DNA of 64,000 bases from Octopus vulgaris (taxonomy: Eukaryota). Of the stretch, positions 13,126 through 24,990 are shown one piece after another. The stretch is taken from contig OX597814.1 in the NCBI GenBank assembly GCA_951406725.2, positions 55,986,001-56,050,000 of the forward strand. Reading direction: 5' to 3'. Numbering within the stretch: the stretch's first letter is position 1; each line of letters starts with the position of its first letter. A model generated the notes under the pieces. It was not told the origin of the DNA, did not search any database, and saw nothing but the letters and a program-made list of their open reading frames with translations. Position numbers and translations under genes: made by a program.

Positions 13126-13618
13126 GAATAGTACATGAGTATACATGAAAACTTAGCATATTTCAATGACTTGTTGAGATGGTTATCATTTCTAATTCTC
13201 ATAAGAAAAATAGAAAATTTGGTTTGTCTTATGAGCTCCAGTAGCAATTTGGAAAGAAGCCTAATTTGGGAATGTAGGTATAAATTAATCCAAAGACCCA
13301 TTCTTCAGTGACATTTTATCTTGAAACTCTGCCAGGGTGGTCAGCTTAATTTTCATTCCTCCTTGTCAAAATTGGCTTTGTGTCTAGTTGAAAGCAAATC
13401 AATATTTCTTTACTATGATTGATTATTATATTTAAATGTTCTTCACATTTCTGTGTCTTATCTTGATCAGATATTAAAATTATTTTTATTTTTATTACTC
13501 ATATTCCATCAAAGTCAACATTTGGTGTCAATAAAACAAGTACCACTTGTGCACTGGGACTGATGTAATCGAATACCCCACCCCCCAAATTTCAGGCCTT
13601 GTGCCTATAGTAGATAGA

Positions 13619-13671
<53 letters not shown>

Positions 13672-13691
13672 CATTATTATTATTATTATTA

Positions 13692-14113
13692 TTTATGGGC
13701 TTTTCTTCTTTCAAATTTGCTTCCATTTCTTGCCGAGTGTCTTCCCGACTCCTAGGGCAAAAAACTCATAGTATACATTGGTAGGCCATTAAACTAAACT
13801 CACTAGTTTGTTCATTTTTTTCTTTTGTTTTTTTTTGATAGAAATAAAGTTAAATTAAAATACATGGGTAGTAATAGTTCTCACATCGACAATGCTCTTC
13901 TCAATACGTGTGATGTACCAGTTAAGACAATCTTTTGCACTTCTTGCAGGGATGGTAAGCCAGGGATCATTCTCATATAATTTTCGATTCCCTTCTTGAT
14001 CATTCCTAGTGCTCCTACGATCACTGGTATTGTAACCGCTTTGAGATGCCACATTTTCTCAATTTCAATGAGCAGGTCTTTATATTTTCTGAGCTTGTCA
14101 AATTCTTTTGCCT
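13692..14113 (-). mobile_element. 5'-truncated RLE-type non-LTR retrotransposon (R4/Dong clade), 3' end
   Basis: Minus-strand frame 13881-14114 reads KAKEFDKLRKYKDLLIEIEKMWHLKAVTIPVIVGALGMI..., the KxxKYxDL..PVIVGALG C-terminus of R4/Dong ORFs. It is flanked on both sides by (TAA)n. Confidence 0.8.
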
Positions 14114-14146
14114 TTATTATTATTATTATAATTATTATTATTATTA

Positions 14147-14357
14147 AGGCAGTGAGTATGCTGGACAAAATGCTTAGCAGTATTTCACCCGTCACTATCT
14201 TCTGAGTTCAAATTCCACTGAGATTGACTTTGCCTTTCAGGGTTGATAAATCAAGTACCAGTTGAGTACTGAGGTTGATGTAATCGACCATCCCTCTCCC
14301 CCCAATTTCTGACCTTGTACCTATAGTAGAAAGGATTATTATTATCATTATTATTAT
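14147..14357 (+). mobile_element. SINE family B (Nin-type) with (ATT)n tail
   Basis: GGCAGTGAG...GAGTTCAAATTCCACTGAG...GTTGATAAATCAAGTACCAG...AAGGATTATT. Confidence 0.8.
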
Positions 14358-14465
14358 TCCACAGTTAATGTTGTTCAAGTAAAATTGCTTGATAGATAGA
14401 GACATATAAAATAAGTAACTAACTGAAATAAATATTGGGGCTAGCACCAAGTCAGTACTAAGTGA

Positions 14466-14762
14466 AGGCACATGGCTCAGTGGTTAGAGCATTGAGCTTA
14501 CAATCTTGGGGTTGTGAGTTTGACACTTTATTTCATATTGCTTCAGTTCATTCAGCTGTAGAAATGAGTTGTGACATCACTGGTGCCAAGCTGTATTGGC
14601 CTTTGCTTTTCTCTTGGATAACATTGATGGAATGGAGAGAGGAAGCTGGTGTGCATGGGCAACAGCTAGTTTTCTACAAACAACCTTGCCCAGACTTGTA
14701 CCTTGGAGGGTAACTTTCTAGGTGTAATCCCGTTGTCATTCGTGATCGGAGAGGGTCTTTTA
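14466..14762 (+). mobile_element. SINE family C
   Basis: tRNA-like head GGCACATGGCTCAGTGGTTAGAGC, then CAGCTGTAGAAATGAG. Confidence 0.85.
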
Positions 14763-16819
14763 CCAAGCCCTAGAAGATGGTGTCCCAGCATGACCACAGC
14801 CCATTGACTAAAACCAGTAAAAGAATAACAAAATACCATCTCATTTCTTCCTGGTCACAGATCTTAGGTTCAAATCTGTAGTTGTTTCATTGTATTTGAA
14901 GTACACTTAGTGTTGGTAACAGGAAATATTATCTGAGATAGACTAGCATACAAGGAAGATTTATCCTTTTTCTGTATGATATTATGAAGCTTCATCTTAC
15001 CAGTAATCTTTAAGAACACCCCATGTGACTGCTAGAAATCTTTAAATCATATTTTACAGTTTATTGCATAGTAAGCATTTTCTATAGAGCTGAAATCTGG
15101 ACTATGACAAAAGTTTCAATATCATGATATGAGACTTCAAAATATCTCATGACATGAACAATAGACTAAAGAGGAAAGTTATGGATACATTCTACTCTTC
15201 TGTATTATTAGTGCTCAACAAAAGGTAGGCTTTACTAGCCAGTGGTATTGTGCTGAGCATCAGGCCATATCAGATGTATTTCAGAGACTCCTACACGATA
15301 ATAGAGGATGGAGACCACTCAAGTGCTTTTATGTTATAGGCAGAGACAAGCAAAAATTAAAATGAGGATCCACCAAAGCTTGTAAGGGACAGGATTCTTG
15401 GTACAACCTGGGGAATTGCATCTTAGTTGCAACCACTTGAAGAATGTTACATTCGATTCTTGCTTGAATGTGAACATGAGAAGAAAGTTTATCAAGTTGC
15501 CCAAGAGGAACTTGTGAAGATAAATGTAATATTTTTGTTTTATATAATAAAATATATCTAATGAAAAAAATTTAAAAAGGAAACACAGCCTCTAAGCAAG
15601 TAAATAATTGGAATTAGTTAATTATTCTGTTGGTGCCTTGAAGTCCATACCATTCCCAACTCCTAACATGTAATCAAAATTGGAACATACCTTGAGATTT
15701 TACAAAATTAGATGCAGTGCTGTAGAATTGATTTTCATGTAAAAAAGGAAAACAGCATAGTATGAAAACAAAATAATATCTCATTACTTCTATGCATTTT
15801 AGATGTATTTCTACATGAAACTCTTTCTTTTCTTTTATATATATTTACATTCTTTCATTCTGTTTTATATATTTTTTATTATTGTTTTTTAGAGCATTTG
15901 TATGCAAAGCAACCCTGTTATTAATAAAGAATTTGCATACTATATCTGGAGTTTATAAAATAGTATCTTTACTATTTTAAGTTTGATGCCAATTAGCTAC
16001 AAATGTGTGGTCTTTCGCTTTGTAATGATTAATTGGAATAGTTCGTACTGTTCATTTGCAATTGGCTCCTGCATTAGGATAGACATGGAAACTACAAACT
16101 TTAACTGCAATTAGGGGATTCCTGGAGCTGATTAAACAATCTACATGCCCAGTATGTGATCTGAAACAAATTCGAATACCTGTTGTTTAGTGACAGAACA
16201 GTGTTAATTATAATTAGCTTGGTGAAAATATATCACTCAAGAGAAAATGCAGTTTTTCAAATTTTCTGCATTGATTTGATTTCATTTAAATTGTAAATTT
16301 AGATGGTTAGTTGTTGATGTTGGAGAAAATATTGGGAAAAAAAATTGACTTTTCCATTCAATACAGGAAAAGAATCAAATATGAACAAACAATTTAATTT
16401 TATGATGCTATTAATGAATTGAAGTTAAGATAATGAGCAAGGAAACACATAATAATACATTTTAATGTGTCATATTCAGTAGAAAGACAGTCTCACCATT
16501 TCTGGCAAATTTCATGGTAAATCCAACATATATAATTTTATGTTCTATGAAGGAATTATGCTACTAGGTGTTCTGCATACAAATCACATGCTTAATCCTT
16601 AATACTAATAACATTAAATATAGAGATATTTATATTTAAAAGTTGAAATGCTGAAACATAGAAGCACATGACTATCCTCTGTGATTTGATAATGCTTTTT
16701 ACATCATCAGAGTTCAAACTAAAGAAAAAGAATTGTAAAATATTGTCATATTCACTAATCTGTCATTAATTTTGAATTGTGTGTGTGTATGTGTGTGTGT
16801 GTATGTGTATATTTGTGTG

Positions 16820-17235
16820 TGTGTGTGGTTGTGTGGTTGAGAAGTTTTCTTCCTAACCACATAGTTTCAGTTTCAGTCTTGCTACATGACACCTTGGCCA
16901 AGTGTCTTCTACTATAGCTTCTGGCCAATCAAATCCTTGTGAGTGGATTTGGTAGCCAAAAACAGTAAGATGCACATCTTATGTGTATGTGAGAGAGTGA
17001 GTGAGAGTCAGTTTTAGTCCCTTTGTATTTACATTGCATAATGGTTGTAAATAACTTTCACTGTCATACAAGCAGTCATTCATTTCCATTATTCTACAAG
17101 AACATGTCTGACCATAGGGAAATGTTACCTAGCTTGGATACAAGTGAGGTTTTGTGACACAAATGGCAGCCAGCTGAAGAAAGCTTGTCTCTACAGTAAA
17201 TCTACATCTACATCCATCCTATGCTTGCATATAAA
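16820..17235 (+). mobile_element. SINE family A variant with RTE-like tail, diverged
   Basis: Same architecture as 5605-5950. Confidence 0.65.
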
Positions 17236-17714
17236 CAAACAAGCATTTCTAATATTTAAATATATTTCAGTCATTCTGATTCACATTGTGTTGTGCATAA
17301 AATATGTATTGTTTAATTAATGGCAAGCCTTCAAAAGCACAAATATGTAAATTAAGTTATCCACTATGGCAATAAACTCATTTACAACTGCTTTATATAA
17401 CGGTTGAATATTTTATGCTGTTGATTTGGGAAGCAAACTGGATATATCTTTTTTGAGGTGCATTTAGCAAACTGTGAAGAGGTCTGTCCAGAGATTCTTC
17501 CCTCATTTTTTCTGCACATCAAGGCATAGAAAGAATGTTGTTGTATTCTAGATATTTCTATCACAACTAGGTTTTCTAATATTTTAATTCATTTCAGTCC
17601 TTCTGATGCACAGTACTGTGCATAATGTGTGTGTGTGTGTATATATGAGCATTTTTTGCGTAATAAGATAAAAAACCAAGGCTGTATAGATATTAGAGCA
17701 TTTATAGATAGGAG

Positions 17715-17766
17715 GTCTTACAGCTGTTTTTAGGATATTAATTAATAATATCCCTTCATCAGAGGC
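17715..17766 (-). ncRNA. Hammerhead ribozyme copy, mutated (GAAA>AAAA)
   Basis: Reverse complement reads GCCT CTGATGA AGGGATATTATTAATTAATATCCTA AAAA CAGCTG TA AGAC. Confidence 0.65.
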
Positions 17767-17990
17767 AGTGTGAGAGGAAAAATTAAGTCATAGTTAGTGT
17801 TGATGTGATACAAATAGAGAATGAGGTGGAGGAAAGAAAATAGATGTAAGATATAAAACGGATTTAAGATATAAAACAGATTTATAAATTCAATACCCAT
17901 ACATATCTTACATCTATTTTCTTTCCTCCGCCTCACTCTCTATTTGTATCACATCGAAACTAACTATGACTTAATTTTTCCTCTCACACC

Positions 17991-18045
17991 GTCTCTGATG
18001 AAGGGATATTATTATTAATTAATATTCTAGAAACAGCTGTAAGAC
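17991..18045 (+). ncRNA. Minimal type-I hammerhead ribozyme with intact core
   Basis: GTCT-CTGATGA-A[GGGATATT..AATATTCT]A-GAAA-CAGCTG-TA-AGAC. Stem I is GTCT/AGAC, stem III is the palindrome ACAGCTGT, and the cleavage triplet is GUA. Confidence 0.8.
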
Positions 18046-18257
18046 CTTCTATCTATAAATGCTCTAATATCTATACAGCCTTGGTTTTTTATCTTATAAC
18101 GCAAAAAAGTCTTATATACACACGCTGACATAGAACCAACGTTGAACCCTTTATTCGCAATATTACTGAATCTGGAACTTAACTAGGGTCTGTCTATAGC
18201 ACTTATTCAGCATTACCTGACACCTTTGGGTCTCAATGACACCATTATCTCTTATAA

Positions 18258-18302
<45 letters not shown>

Positions 18303-18960
18303 TCTATGTACCATACTTAAAGCAGATATATCATTGAAAGTGACCAAGTAACTGGCATTTGTCCTAAGATAGTATCTCTTATACATGTACTGTGTTAAAA
18401 ACGTGAAAATATATCAAACACCATACATCTATGAGAGGCACTATTTCAGGAGGAATACCACAGTTAATTAGGCTTTCAATGATGTGTCTGCTTTATGTAT
18501 GATACATAGATTACTATTTGAAATTAATACTGCTTCTGTCACACATAAAAAAATACATACAAACACACACAAACATGCACACATATGTACTGTATAAATG
18601 ATCTTGACTGTAGATACTTATGCTACATAGCTTTCGAAGATTATCTCTCTTATATGTCATGTAATTACATGTTAGATTAGTAGTCTAAATATATTTATCT
18701 ATCTACGAAGTATAACTAAAGCAGGGTGTGGTTGTTTGAACCACAGCATGTATTTATTATAGACTGGTTTAACCAGTTGGAATGCTAAATCATTAAATAT
18801 ATATTGAGCATTATATATATATAAATATATAAAATAAAATAATTAGGTTTCTTTCTTAATTTATGAATAACCATTTTTAGGTTAAGAAACAAACCAAGTA
18901 ACTTAAGGAAGTTTAATATCGATAAATTGAGTAACTTAATTTTGAATTGTTCAAAAGAAT

Positions 18961-20422
18961 ATGTAAAAGCAGCACCATAGTCAACTGCTACAAGGGTAAG
19001 GGTGATGCTCTAGATAGAAATAACTACAGGGGTATTAAACTGTTGGATCAGGTGATGAAGAGAATTTGCTTAGATGAGATGCAGTTTGGTTTTTTGCCGG
19101 GTAGAAGCACCACTGATGCTATATTCCTGGTCCGACAACTGCAGGAGAAGTACCTAGCTAAAGATAAACCCCTCTACATAGCTTTTGTGGACTTGGAGAA
19201 AGCCTTTGACAGGGTTCCCCGATCCCTTATCTGGTGGTCGATGCGGAAACTGGAGATTGACGAATGGCTAATAAGGGCTGTACAGGCTCTATACAGAGAG
19301 GCTGTCAGCAAGGTTAGGATTGGCAACGAATATAGTGAAGAATTCCGAGTAGAAGTAGGTGTACACCAGGGCTCAGCCCTCAGTCCCCTTTTATTCATCA
19401 TAGTCCTCCAGGCAATAACAGAGGAATTCAAAACAGGTTGCCCCTGGGAGCTCCTCTATGCTGATGACCTGGCCCTCATAGCAGAATCACTACCGGAACT
19501 AAAAAAGAAATTTCGGGTGTGGAAACAAGGGTTAGAATCAAAGGGCCTTAGAGTAAATGTAGCGAAGACCAAAGTTATAGTATGCAGAAAGGCGAACTCA
19601 GCACACACCCCATCGGGCAGGTGGCCCTGCTCGAGCTGTAGGCAAGGTGTAGGTAGAAACTCCATAAGATGCACCAAGTGTAAGCTATGGACGCATAAGA
19701 GGTGCAGCAACATCAAAGGGAAATTAACTGATAAGATAGCTTTCATGTGCGGCAGATGCACAGGGACAATAGACACCACAAATACTCAGAAAACAGATTC
19801 CATCACACTCCAGGGGGAGAAACTAGAAGTAGTTGATAGTTTCTGCTACTTGGGTGACCAAGTTAGTAGTGGGGGTGGATGCTCAGAGAGTGTCACCACT
19901 AGAATACGAATAGCCTGGGCAAAGTTTAGAAAGCTCCTACTGGCGACAAAGGGTCTCTCACTCAGAGTGAAAGGTAGATTGTATGATGCATGTGTGTGAA
20001 CTGCCATGCTTCACAGCAGTGAAACATGGGCCGTGACTGCAGAGGACATGCGTAGACTTGAAAGAAATGAAGCTAGCATGATCCGCTGGACGTGTAATGT
20101 CAGTGTGAATGCACGACAGAGTGTAAGCACCCTGAGAGAAATGCTAGGCATAAGAAGCATCAGATGCGGTGTGCAAGAGCGATGGTTGTGATGGTATGGT
20201 CATGTACTGCGGATGGATGAGGAGAGATGTGTGAAGAAGTGCCACTCCCGAACAGTTGAAGGAATCAGGGGGAGAGGTAGACCCAGGAAGACATGGGATG
20301 AGGTAGTCAAGCATGACCTCAGAGCGTTGGGCCTCACTGAGGCAATGGCGAAGGACCGAGATCTCTGGAGATGTGCTGTGACTACTAAGACCCGGGATGC
20401 TTCCGGCACCAGTTCCGCATAG
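18961..20422 (+). pseudogene. RTE reverse transcriptase (RT + PHD-like finger + C-terminus) with two in-frame stops
   Basis: Motifs NYRGIKLL, QFGF..GRSTTDAIF, FVDLEKAFDRV, GVHQGSALSPLLF, LYADDL, YLG, WYGHV and RGRGRPRKTW. TGA stops at about 19997 and 20189 fall where Arg (CGA) is expected, and there is a short in-frame deletion after DQVMK. Confidence 0.92.
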
Positions 20423-20545
20423 CCCCTGCCCATTCAAAGTACCTTGGATCCCGGAACATCTCGCTGTGCTTGAGGAGACCTGTTGAGTCAAGTGCATGTA
20501 AATGAACATCGAACCAAATATCAATGGAAACAGTAGTTGTGATAC

Positions 20546-20769
20546 CTGTGCCGGTGGCACATAAAAAGCACCATCCGAACGTGGCCGATGTCAGCCCCGC
20601 CTCGACTGGCTTCTGTGCCGGTGGCACATAAAAAGCACCATCCGAACGTGGCCGATGCCAGCACCGCCTCGACTGGCTTCTGTGCCGGTGGCACATAAAA
20701 AGCACCAACCGATCGTGACCGATGCCAGACCCCTCTGGCACCTATGCAGGTGGCACGTAAAAAGCACCC
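20546..20769 (+). repeat. 67-bp tandem repeat (about 3.4 units) in the RTE 3'UTR
   Basis: CTGTGCCGGTGGCACATAAAAAGCACC starts at 20546, 20613 and 20680, with a variant at 20742. Confidence 0.9.
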
Positions 20770-20953
20770 ACTACACTCGCGGAGTGGTTGGCGTTAGGAA
20801 GGGCATCCAGCTGTAGAAACACTGCCAGATCAGACTGGAGCCTGGAGCAGCCCCTGGCTCCCCAGATCCCGGTCGAACCGTCCAACCCATGCTAGCGTGG
20901 AAAACAGACGTTAAACGATGATGATGATGATGATGATGATTGGGGTATTATAT

Positions 20954-21858
20954 TGTTACGGAATCCCACCTGCCGTCGCTCAAACTCTTCGGGAAAAACC
21001 CGGGACCCTACCAAGTCGAGCGACGACGATTGACCAGGCTCAGTCGAATGGAGAATTCGCCACACAGAGAGGACTCGGTGGGGATGGCAGCGAACCCGGC
21101 AGGACCGGCGATACCAAACAACAACAGCAGGAAGAAGAGACACAAAGAGAGACGGTGGAAGGCAATTGGCTACATTTAACAACAGTTTATACAATTATTA
21201 CAACATCAAATAAATCAAAGAAAATGCATGCAAGAAACAACAAAACAACAGCATTTAAACAGTACATGTCGAATCAAAACAAATAATGTTCACATTAACG
21301 ATACAGTTCATAGACAAATAAGTTCAGATCAAATCACATTAAAGTCCTTCTCTTTCCTTTTTCAACAAGTCTTTTACTTAATTCACATATCAACACAATT
21401 CACAATGTCCTTCATAATTTCTTTAGCACTGTTCTTTGTAACACATCAATTCTTTTACATTTCTTTTTCCTGCTTTTTTCACATATCTGACATAAGTAAA
21501 CACATACCGTACAACAGCCAATGCCTTACACCGTAGTCCCTCTCTCCTAGTTCCGTAATACCATCTGTCTGTCTTCCCTTACGCCGTCGCCGCCTCAAGC
21601 CGTAATCCCATCTGCCTGTCTTCCTCCTCCAGTTACTGTCACAACAGAGAAAATCTACTACTACTTGCTCTGTCCTCAGCTGTCCCGTCTCTCGCAGAGT
21701 TGCCAGCCAACTGTCTAACAGACTCACATCTCCCTGCTTTTTAAGGGGTTTCCTCGAACTTTCTTTCACCTGAAAAGGGTCGCAGGTCTCCCCAGAACTA
21801 ATCAATCCACCTGAATCTGACAGGACAATGGATCTATTCCAAAAGTAGGTCGCAACCA
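20954..21858 (-). mobile_element. Probable solo LTR (Gypsy-like)
   Basis: TG...CA ends (TGTTACGG / TCGCAACCA), sharp CpG-rich block, TATA-like CTTAAAAAG on the minus strand. No matching TSD seen. Confidence 0.5.
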
Positions 21859-22199
21859 CTGTCCTTAAATTGACCTTCATAACAATATATATTAGCTTGT
21901 CATTAGAAATCATCAGAGATTTGTTGTGATTTTGAGGGCTCAAACTGTTTTGTTAAAGTGTGGTGCAAGACTCTTTACTAGATATGAGTATGTGTAACAA
22001 TTCTGTCTTGATGTTCTTAAAGAAGATTAGATTGTCGTTGTATGGTAAATGTAACTGAACTTTCACCAGAAATAGTTCAATGGAGGCTGGAGAGAACTCC
22101 ATTAACACATATTGCAGTGAATTTGCATTGCAATATGGTTGGTAAATTGACAGAAAACTGCTGACATAAAAGATGAGAGATTGATGGTGTCTGTAGTTG

Positions 22200-22500
22200 A
22201 ATAACTTAGCTAGGAAGTTCTTCAGACATAATCAACAGAGTTTGGTATGGTTCATTGGATGTACAGTGTTAACTTGCATGAAAGGCAGAGCACAAGTGAA
22301 CTGAGAAAAGAGTTTATTAGTAAAGGTATTGGTCAATGTAGGGATATGGACAGGTGATGGAGGTGCGGAGAGAAAAAATATTGTACTCTGTTAGTGGAGA
22401 GAACTCATGACAAGGGAAGACTGAGGAACATATAAGAAGAAAGTTTATATCCCTAAATTTGGAACTTCTTTGATGAAATAAGAAATGACCAAGACCGATA
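22200..22500 (+). mobile_element. Ancient RTE ORF 3' relic
   Basis: Degenerate similarity to 20190-20350 (GGTATTGGTCAATGTA...GTGGAGAGAACT..GGAAGACTGAGGAACATA). Confidence 0.4.
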
Positions 22501-23471
22501 TAATGATATGGTGTATGGTAACGACATTCAGTCTACACCAACATGAAGGAGACATATCGAAACATGTTAATTGTAGTGATACTAGTATAGAAGATAAAAC
22601 TTGTGGAGATCTAAGAAAATATAATTAACACAATTATTGGAAAGAAAAAAATAATTATATTTATGTTACAAGCTGATATATTTCTTTGAGAAAAATATTT
22701 CTCATTTCAATTGTAAATGGTATTTTGTGATTGTATGAAGAGAAATATCACAATCCTTTGCGGTAGTAAGGACAAATTGAGGAAGACTAGTCATTTTTGA
22801 AGATGGTATGACTGTAATTTGGAACAGATTTGAAATTTGTATCCAACATCTGTTGGATACAAATTAAATATTTACAGCTATATCATACCTGTCTGTTGCT
22901 ATCAATTATTTTAACAACCACCTAAAAATAGAAATGCTAATCCTTCTTTTTCTTAGTAATTAAAGTAATATCTTTATTGTTAAGATGGAAGTTGAACTCT
23001 TGACAAGAATTTAATTCAGATTCCTAAGACTCTTGTCTTGCCAGGCAACTTCTGTTTACACTTATACAGCATTATCTTGTGATAAAGATAGATTACTGTC
23101 ATAAGATGTATTGATCCTTGACTATATTTCAGAGCAATGCTAATAGTTTGTTATTCAGTTTGCTAATTTTTAATTATATTGAAACTTAACAGTTTAAGCA
23201 GTAACTGATAAGTATTTGGTGATCACAGAAATAGTTGCTGTTTTTCAATGGAATGTGTTCAATAAAAAATTGTTTCAGTAGTTTTAATGGCAAGGAGAGT
23301 GATTACAACATTGCTTTTGTTGTCAAGTGTCTGATATATTATTTCTTATCATATATGTGTTTTTGGCATAGACATGACCAAAGGTCTACTCTAAATCTAT
23401 AGTTTTATTGTATTTTGCTTCATTGTTTTTAAAAATAAGAAAACTGATATTACATTAAAATACTATTTTAA

Positions 23472-23692
23472 CCCTTTCATTACCAACCTGGTTGAAACCG
23501 GTTCTGGCTCTGAGTACAAATGTCTTGTTTTCATAAGTTTTGAATTAAAATCTTCCACCAAACCTTACTTACAATTTATGTTCCTAACACTAGCTGAATG
23601 ATAGCTAAGTTACTTTTACTGAATTCTTTGTTACATTTAAAGTAACTGAAAGAAACACAGAGCATCTCAAAATAAATACAGCAACGAAAGGG
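23472..23692. mobile_element. piggyBac-type MITE
   Basis: TTAA|CCCTTTCATTAC...GCAACGAAAGGG|TTAA. Confidence 0.85.
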
Positions 23693-23803
23693 TTAATACA
23701 ATAGGAAACCTGAGTATTTTATCAATATGGTTGCATATATGAAGGAAGGAACTTAGTCTGAAAGTTCATCTGCTTATAGCTATAAAGAAACGAGAGTCTA
23801 GAG

Positions 23804-24132
23804 CAGGCCTGACGAACTTGAATTACATTGAGGGCCACTTTAATCACAGAAAGATTTTGAGGGCTGCTTGTATACTTTATGCACTAATAGTCAAATAATC
23901 ACTGCTGACAAAATTAAAAACATTTTGCTTTCTCATGCTATTATTACAATAATGAATGAATGATCATTGATTCAACATGAAATATTATTGTTGCAAAAAC
24001 AGTAGTATTTTTCTTATTTACTTTTCATTACAATCTTTAATTTTTGATAAAATTTTTAAAATGTTTGATTAAATAAACCCATTTCAAGGAAGAATCAAGC
24101 TAAGTCTGCGGGCCGCATGCATCCCAGCCCTG
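23804..24132. mobile_element. hAT (Charlie/Buster-like) MITE
   Basis: CAGGCCTG...CAGCCCTG ends; 8-bp TSD GTCTAGAG/GTCTAGAA. Confidence 0.75.
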
Positions 24133-24990
24133 GTCTAGAACATGTTACTGAAATAACTGCAATAACTTTTGCAAGTTACTTGAAAGTATTATGCTGGGAA
24201 GTTTTAATGAATCCAATCTTGTTTGATGATGTATTTTCTAAGGAATAATACTCAGTTATGAGATATTCATTCAAGCAGAGTATATCCTTTCATTGATGTG
24301 AAAGAGAATATAATCTCAGTTAGACATGAATAAAACTATTAACACCTACAGGTTGTGTTAATCTAGTAGTAAAGTCCATGATCCATTTTACAGTGAATGG
24401 TTCGTTTATCTGATGTATCCATTTGTGAATTTCAATTTTGCGAAACCAAACTGTGATTTCTTAAGACATAATAACCGCTGCAGTGAATCAAGGCAGTGAA
24501 CTGGAAGAGTCATTACAGTATTAGTTAAAATGCTTTGTAGTATTTATTCCCACTGAGGTCAGCTTTACTTTTCAGCCTCTTGGCTTTGATAAAGTCCTAG
24601 TTTAGTATAATGGATTAGTACAGCATTGAATAAGATGTTCTAATAACTTTACCAATGTTATTATCTTAACTTTTATTTATTATTTATAAGTTATTATCAT
24701 AAGGTGCCTTGTAGTATTTCTGGCTCTGTTGAAGTCAACTTTTCTATAATCCTGGAAGGATTATAGAAAAATGTCTTTCATCTTGAGCAAATTGATAAGC
24801 TTCTCCAGTTGCATCCTAATGTAGAACTCATTTGATGGAGTGGGATATTCTTTGTAGAGAATCAGAAGTTATACAATTCTATAGCAGTAAAAGGATATAC
24901 ACATAGATATTATTAAATCTTTAATGACTATGAAGGCACAGTGCCAGGATCTAGAAGTTATATACACTTACACATACACATACACATATT

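Larger units (their letters stand above)
17634..18123. repeat. Long inverted repeat (about 220-bp arms, about 48-bp spacer); Penelope pseudo-LTR-like
   Basis: 17634-17854 is the near-identical reverse complement of 17903-18123, and each arm holds a hammerhead motif. Confidence 0.9.
18961..20940 (+). mobile_element. RTE-clade LINE, 5'-truncated
   Basis: RT ORF remnant, 3'UTR with tandem repeats, and 3' end GGCGTTAGGAAGGGCATCCAGC...GACGTTAAAC(GAT)n. Confidence 0.95.

Noticed and set aside
14466-14540. tRNA-like sequences at SINE heads
   Set aside because: A/B boxes only, with no complete cloverleaf; they continue into SINE bodies.
19997-20191. Two in-frame TGA codons in the RTE ORF as read-through or selenocysteine
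   Set aside because: Both lie at expected Arg positions and are explained by CGA>TGA CpG decay.
20546-20769. Regularly spaced repeats resembling a CRISPR array
   Set aside because: The 'spacers' are near-identical, the context is a eukaryotic LINE 3'UTR, and there are no cas genes.
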